Positions 28,531-32,000 of a stretch of DNA of 32,000 nt are shown in pieces; the stretch's first letter is position 1, and each line of letters opens with the position of its first letter. A model generated the notes under the pieces. The model saw nothing but the letters and a program-made list of their open reading frames with translations. It ran no database searches and was not told where the DNA came from. Position numbers and translations under genes: made by a program. This DNA comes from Wolbachia endosymbiont of Drosophila innubila. GTDB taxonomy: Bacteria > Pseudomonadota > Alphaproteobacteria > Rickettsiales > Anaplasmataceae. Location: the NCBI RefSeq assembly GCF_021378375.1, contig NZ_CP076228.1:150001-182000 (forward strand). The letters are read 5' to 3'.

Positions 28531-28850
28531 CTACAATGTGCTATCGAAGTTCTCTGTAATCTTAGTTGGTTCTTCTAGAATATTCAAAATATCAGTTGCA
28601 CAATAAACCCGATCTCTCTTTCCTTGAGAAGTTTGTGAAACGATGCCTAAATCTTCAAGCTTTACGATTGCTCTTTGGGCTGTTGTAAATACGACACCTA
28701 AGTTTTCAACCACTTTCCTTATAGTAAAGTAAGGGTTTAAAGACTATTCACTAAATCATTGTCCCATTCAAATTTTGGTGGCAAGGGGCTTGGTATAAAT
28801 GCCTGATAACCAGCGAATACTTTGCCTGATGGTGATCCTTTAATATACAT
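28531..28850 (-). pseudogene. Fic-family protein remnant: N-terminal ~37 codons fused out of frame to the C-terminal winged-helix ~65 codons; the Fic core is deleted
   Basis: The N-terminal piece (28850 downward) reads MYIKGSPSGKVFAGYQAFIPSPLPPKFEWDNDLVNSL*. The C-terminal piece reads NPYFTIRKVVENLGVVFTTAQRAIVKLEDLGIVSQTSQGKRDRVYCATDILNIL. Both resemble the ends of bacterial Fic adenylyltransferases. No HPFxxGNGR motif is present anywhere between them. Confidence 0.6.
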
Positions 28851-29110
28851 TCATTCAGCCTAGCACACTATTTTTATAGTATATATTATTTTCAAATAAA
28901 GTCAAAAATGAAAATAAGGCTTTATCTTATTTGCGTGCATGAAAATAAGAAACTCTCTTATTATTGATTTTGCTCAAAAACGAAAATAGAAGAAGCTGCT
29001 GAACTTTATATATCCTGTTTTTCTGGAGAACTGCTATAAAACTTCTGAGTGAAGTCACTTAATTTTTACACATCTATTGTAGAGTAAGAAGAACCGAATT
29101 TGAAACAAAA

Positions 29111-29817
29111 ATGCTAACTGATGCTTGGACTTTACTGACACTTACACTACTTGAAACTATACTTAGTGTAGACAATTTAATCTTTATTTCTCTAGCAATA
29201 GATAAGGTACCAAATGCGCTGAGAGAAAGAGTGCGCCTTATGGGCCTTGGATTAGCACTATTAATGCGTTTTGTAATACTATTTTTACATCATCTATATT
29301 ATCAATGCAAAAACCTATATTTCACACTGCATCAGCAAGGGATTTACTTATGATCGCAGGGGGATTATTCCTTATTGTTAAGAGCTCTATGGAGTTACGG
29401 GATGACATCTTTGTATGTAAGAAAAATAAAAAGAAAGCAAACGTTAAATCAAAATTTTTTTTAGTTGTGCTACAAATTATATTAATAGATTTAGTTTTTT
29501 CGGTTGATTCGATATTAACTGCTATAGCGCTAACTTATAACATGGTAATAATTGCTACAGAATTTACATTTTCCATGCTAGCAATGCTGTTTTTATCAAG
29601 TTATACCGCCCAGTTAATCAAATCTAACCCAGGGTTAAAAATAATCGCCATTTTATTTGTTTTACTTGTCGGTGTGTACCTCATACTTCATGGATTTCAT
29701 ATAGAATTACCAAAAGGATATTTGTATTCTTCATTTATGTTTGCACTGCTTGTGGAAATTATAAGCAAAATAAAGAAAATTAACCGTCATACCGCGATTC
29801 ATTCGCGGTATCTCTAG
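29111..29817 (+). pseudogene. TerC-family integral membrane protein, split into 80-aa and 170-aa ORFs by a -1 frameshift
   Basis: It has the TerC N-terminal signature (LLETILSVDNLIFISLA) and RDLLMIAGGLFLIVKS in the second ORF. Adding one base to the T5 run at 29282-29286 joins ...RFVILFF to TSSILSMQKPIF.... The last ~10 codons and the stop lie in a family A repeat. Confidence 0.8.
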
Positions 29818-29841
29818 ATCCAGCTAACAAGCAGCGGGATC
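29784..29841. repeat. family A palindromic element overlapping the terC 3' end
   Basis: The sequence is ccgtcataccgcgattcattcgcggtatctctagatccagctaacaagcagcgggatc. Confidence 0.8.
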
Positions 29842-29849
29842 TTTTTGAT

Positions 29850-31412
29850 TTACTCCCACTCAATAGTTGCGGGTGGTTTAGAAGTGATATCATAAACAAC
29901 TCTATTTACTCCGGGAACATTATTAACAATTATACTGCCGACATTGCGTAAAAAATCCCAAAATACTAGCAAGTGTTGATCCTTATCTTCAAATGGAAAT
30001 GCATCGGCTGTCATACCATCAGATGATGTTACAGCCCTTAAAGCACAAACATATCCATACGTACGACCATCTCCCATAACGCCTACAGTTTTTATTGGTA
30101 ATAATACAGCAAAAGCTTGCCATATCTTATCATATAGATCGTAATTTTTCATCGTATTAATATATATTTCATCTACTTCTTGCAATATTTGCACCTTTTC
30201 TTTATCGACTTCACTTATAATCCTCACTGCAAGTCCGGGTCCAGGAAATGGATGTTGAAATATTATCTCGTCTGAAAGCCCAATTTCTTTTCCAAGTAGC
30301 CTTACCTCATCTTTAAAGAGGTAACGTAAAGGCTCCACTAACTTCAGATTCATCTTTTCTGGCAACCCACCAACATTATGGTGAGACTTAATTGTACTAG
30401 TGTTGTCTGAGGCATGCCCTGACTCAACTACATCAGAGTAGATGGTACCTTGCATCAAAAAATCCACATCACCTATTTTTTTTGCTTCTTCTTCAAACAC
30501 TTCAATAAAAGTGTTACCGATAATTTTTCGCTTTTCTTCTGGATCAGTTATTCCCTTCAACCTACTCAAAAATAAATTTGATTTATCAACGTAATTTATC
30601 GGAATCTCTTTCAACATAGCGATGGTTTGGTTCTTGCGTAACAACCCAGTATCGATAAAAATACAGTTCAATTGTTTTCCTATAGCTTTATGTGTGAGAG
30701 CCGCTGCAACGCTTGAATCAACCCCACCACTTACTGCAGCGATTACTTTTTTCTCTCCTACTACATTTTTGATTTTTTCCTTTTGCTCCTCAATAAACGA
30801 CTTCATTGTCCAGTCTCTTTTGCAATTTGCAATATCCAAGAAGTTAGAGAGCAATTTACTGCCATTTGTTGTGGGCTTAACCTCAGGATGGAACTGAGTA
30901 CAGTAAATCTTCCGCTGTTCGTTGACAATCATTGCAATTGTTTGATTTATCACACCTGATGCGATAACAGTAAACCCCTGTGGTATAGTATCAACACTGT
31001 CCGCATGGTTCATTAATACATCCACTTCAGAATTAACATCCCAGGTATCCTTTACAATGGGGGATTCTTTTAGTATCTTGATTTTAGTTCTACCAAACTC
31101 CTGTTTGAAACTCTCTTTTACTTTTGCTCCAAAATAATGACAAATGAGTTGCTGTCCATAGCATATTCCAAGTATAGGAACGCTTGTTGCCTCATTAAGT
31201 TTTATAATTTCATGTACTACTCTACTTATTTCAGAACAATCATCATTTACAGATTGTGGTCCTCCAGAGAGAATAAACCCATTGAATTTTGATATTGTTT
31301 CAAAACTGATGTTGCTTGGAAATATCTCACAATAAACACCCATTCCTCTTACTTGTCTTGCGATAAGCTGTGTAAACTGTGAACCAAAATCAATAATGGC
31401 AATTGCTGACAA
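29850..31412 (-). CDS. guaA: GMP synthase (glutamine-hydrolysing)
   Basis: It has a GATase-1 domain ([12 protein letters not shown]), an ATP-PPase P-loop (SGGVDSSV) and the C-terminal dimerisation tail ending KPPATIEWE. Confidence 0.95.
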   Translation of the reverse strand: MSAIAIIDFGSQFTQLIARQVRGMGVYCEIFPSNISFETISKFNGFILSGGPQSVNDDCSEISRVVHEIIKLNEATSVPILGICYGQQLICHYFGAKVKESFKQEFGRTKIKILKESPIVKDTWDVNSEVDVLMNHADSVDTIPQGFTVIASGVINQTIAMIVNEQRKIYCTQFHPEVKPTTNGSKLLSNFLDIANCKRDWTMKSFIEEQKEKIKNVVGEKKVIAAVSGGVDSSVAAALTHKAIGKQLNCIFIDTGLLRKNQTIAMLKEIPINYVDKSNLFLSRLKGITDPEEKRKIIGNTFIEVFEEEAKKIGDVDFLMQGTIYSDVVESGHASDNTSTIKSHHNVGGLPEKMNLKLVEPLRYLFKDEVRLLGKEIGLSDEIIFQHPFPGPGLAVRIISEVDKEKVQILQEVDEIYINTMKNYDLYDKIWQAFAVLLPIKTVGVMGDGRTYGYVCALRAVTSSDGMTADAFPFEDKDQHLLVFWDFLRNVGSIIVNNVPGVNRVVYDITSKPPATIEWE

Positions 31413-31535
31413 TTTGCTCCTCCATATTATTTAAAATGATATCTGATAATAAAGAAAATAATGGAGTAAGTAAACCAAGACCTGTTTAAAAGCTTTAACG
31501 CGTGGTACAAGTTAGCTATATAGCTAATTTTCCTA

Positions 31536-31826
31536 CACCATACCGCTGCGGCGCTAACTAGTAGCGGAATGACAGCAATCTACGTCATACCGCCGCAGTA
31601 TCTCAGCCGCTAACAAGTAGCGGGATTATCTTCATGCTGCCACGAACCGTCATACCACCGCGAACCGTCATACCGCGATTCATTCGCGGTATCTCAGCCG
31701 CTAACAAGAGATCCCGCTAACAAGCAGCGGGATGACGAGGTATAAACTTTATCGTCATGCCACCGCGAACCGTCATACCGCGATTCATTCGCGGTATCTC
31801 GGCCGCTAACAAGTAGCGGGATGACG
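31536..31826. repeat. cluster of about four tandem, imperfect family A palindromic elements
   Basis: There are repeated cgtcataccgc(g/c)... gcggtatctc(a/g)gccgctaacaagtagcgggat(gacg) units starting near 31536, 31582, 31655 and 31755. Some carry an internal duplication (ccaccgcgaaccgtcatacc). Confidence 0.8.
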
Positions 31827-32000
31827 ATTGTCGTTTAGCCATAAATATTTAAGAAATTTACCAAATGAAAAAAAAGGCAAAAGAAGCCCCGTAATTGGCT
31901 AATTACTTACATTATACTTTCAAGTATGGCGTTTTTTTATTCTAAACGCTTAATAACCGCGACTCAGCTGCTTTTAAATGCAACTAACCTTAGCTATAAA
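31818..32000. repeat. ~495-bp modular repeat, copy 3 (first module only, more divergent; continues beyond the window)
   Basis: gggatgacgattgtcgtttagccataaatatttaagaaatttaccaaatgaaaaaaaaggcaaaagaag matches the left end of copy 1. A module follows with conserved flanks (gtatggcgttttttt, aaacgctt, cagctgcttttaaatgcaactaac) and a different centre. Confidence 0.7.

Noticed and set aside
28963-29110. yybP-ykoY (Mn2+) riboswitch upstream of the TerC-family gene
   Set aside because: TerC-family genes are often controlled by this riboswitch. However, I could not find its conserved core sequences or a four-way-junction-compatible set of helices in the leader.
318-30897. Numerous 60-127-aa ORFs antisense to or nested in longer genes (for example 318..533, 2540..2923, 3199..3477, 6806..7118, 9160..9522, 20747..20959, 25953..26246, 27666..27893, 30622..30897)
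   Set aside because: Each lies entirely within a well-supported gene on the opposite strand or in another frame. They have low-complexity composition and are shadow ORFs typical of AT-rich genomes.
31536-31826. Possible CRISPR array (regularly recurring palindromic ~30-60-bp units)
   Set aside because: The units are imperfect and of variable length, and they are contiguous or overlapping without unique spacers. The same elements are scattered singly across the window, including inside genes. No cas genes are present.
1-32000. tRNA, rRNA, RNase P, SRP or 6S RNA genes
   Set aside because: I scanned the intergenic regions for T-arm (GGTTCGAAT-like), GAGGAAAGTCC and SRP-domain motifs and found none. 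Absence cannot be proven without covariance-model searches.

Overview
This is a visibly AT-rich 32-kb chromosomal segment that looks like a Wolbachia-type (Anaplasmataceae, Rickettsiales) endosymbiont. That assignment is an inference from gene content and repeat architecture; no database search was possible. About 21 housekeeping genes are recognisable from protein motifs: hemB (partial, at the left edge), nuoH, nuoG, a family-4 UDG, def, ftsA, map, a ProP-like MFS transporter, rsmH, an ftsL-like gene, an NDUFS4-like complex I subunit, rplY, pth, a UbiH/COQ6-type hydroxylase, mrp/apbC, a nitronate-monooxygenase-family gene, coaE, rnd, mutS, a TerC-family gene and guaA. The intergenic space is built almost entirely from three families of short palindromic (hairpin) repeats, called A, B and C here, plus a ~495-bp modular repeat present in three same-orientation copies. 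Mobile DNA includes an apparently intact IS481-family element abutting an IS110 remnant. A decayed IS3-family element truncates a group II intron remnant (maturase/HNH tail plus domains V/VI), and that intron in turn interrupts an Rpn/PD-(D/E)XK transposase-like gene fragment. There is also an internally deleted Fic gene remnant. Accessory candidates are an ankyrin-repeat protein with two TM helices and a 209-aa orphan. Four observations are the most notable. (1) mutS, rnd and terC are each split by a -1 frameshift sitting on a 5-nt A/T homopolymer where a 6-mer restores the frame, which means either systematic homopolymer miscalling or a real mismatch-repair-loss signature. (2) A hairpin repeat is translated in frame inside rsmH, and another supplies the C-terminus and stop of TerC. 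(3) One block shows nested (Russian-doll) insertion of repeat families into each other. (4) The ~495-bp repeat carries a conserved sigma70-like promoter, a 12-bp perfect palindrome and an SD-preceded 30-codon ORF, and it always points toward the next minus-strand gene. I found no rRNA, tRNA, CRISPR array or recognisable defence or cif-like operon. All calls rest on my own translation and motif recognition.
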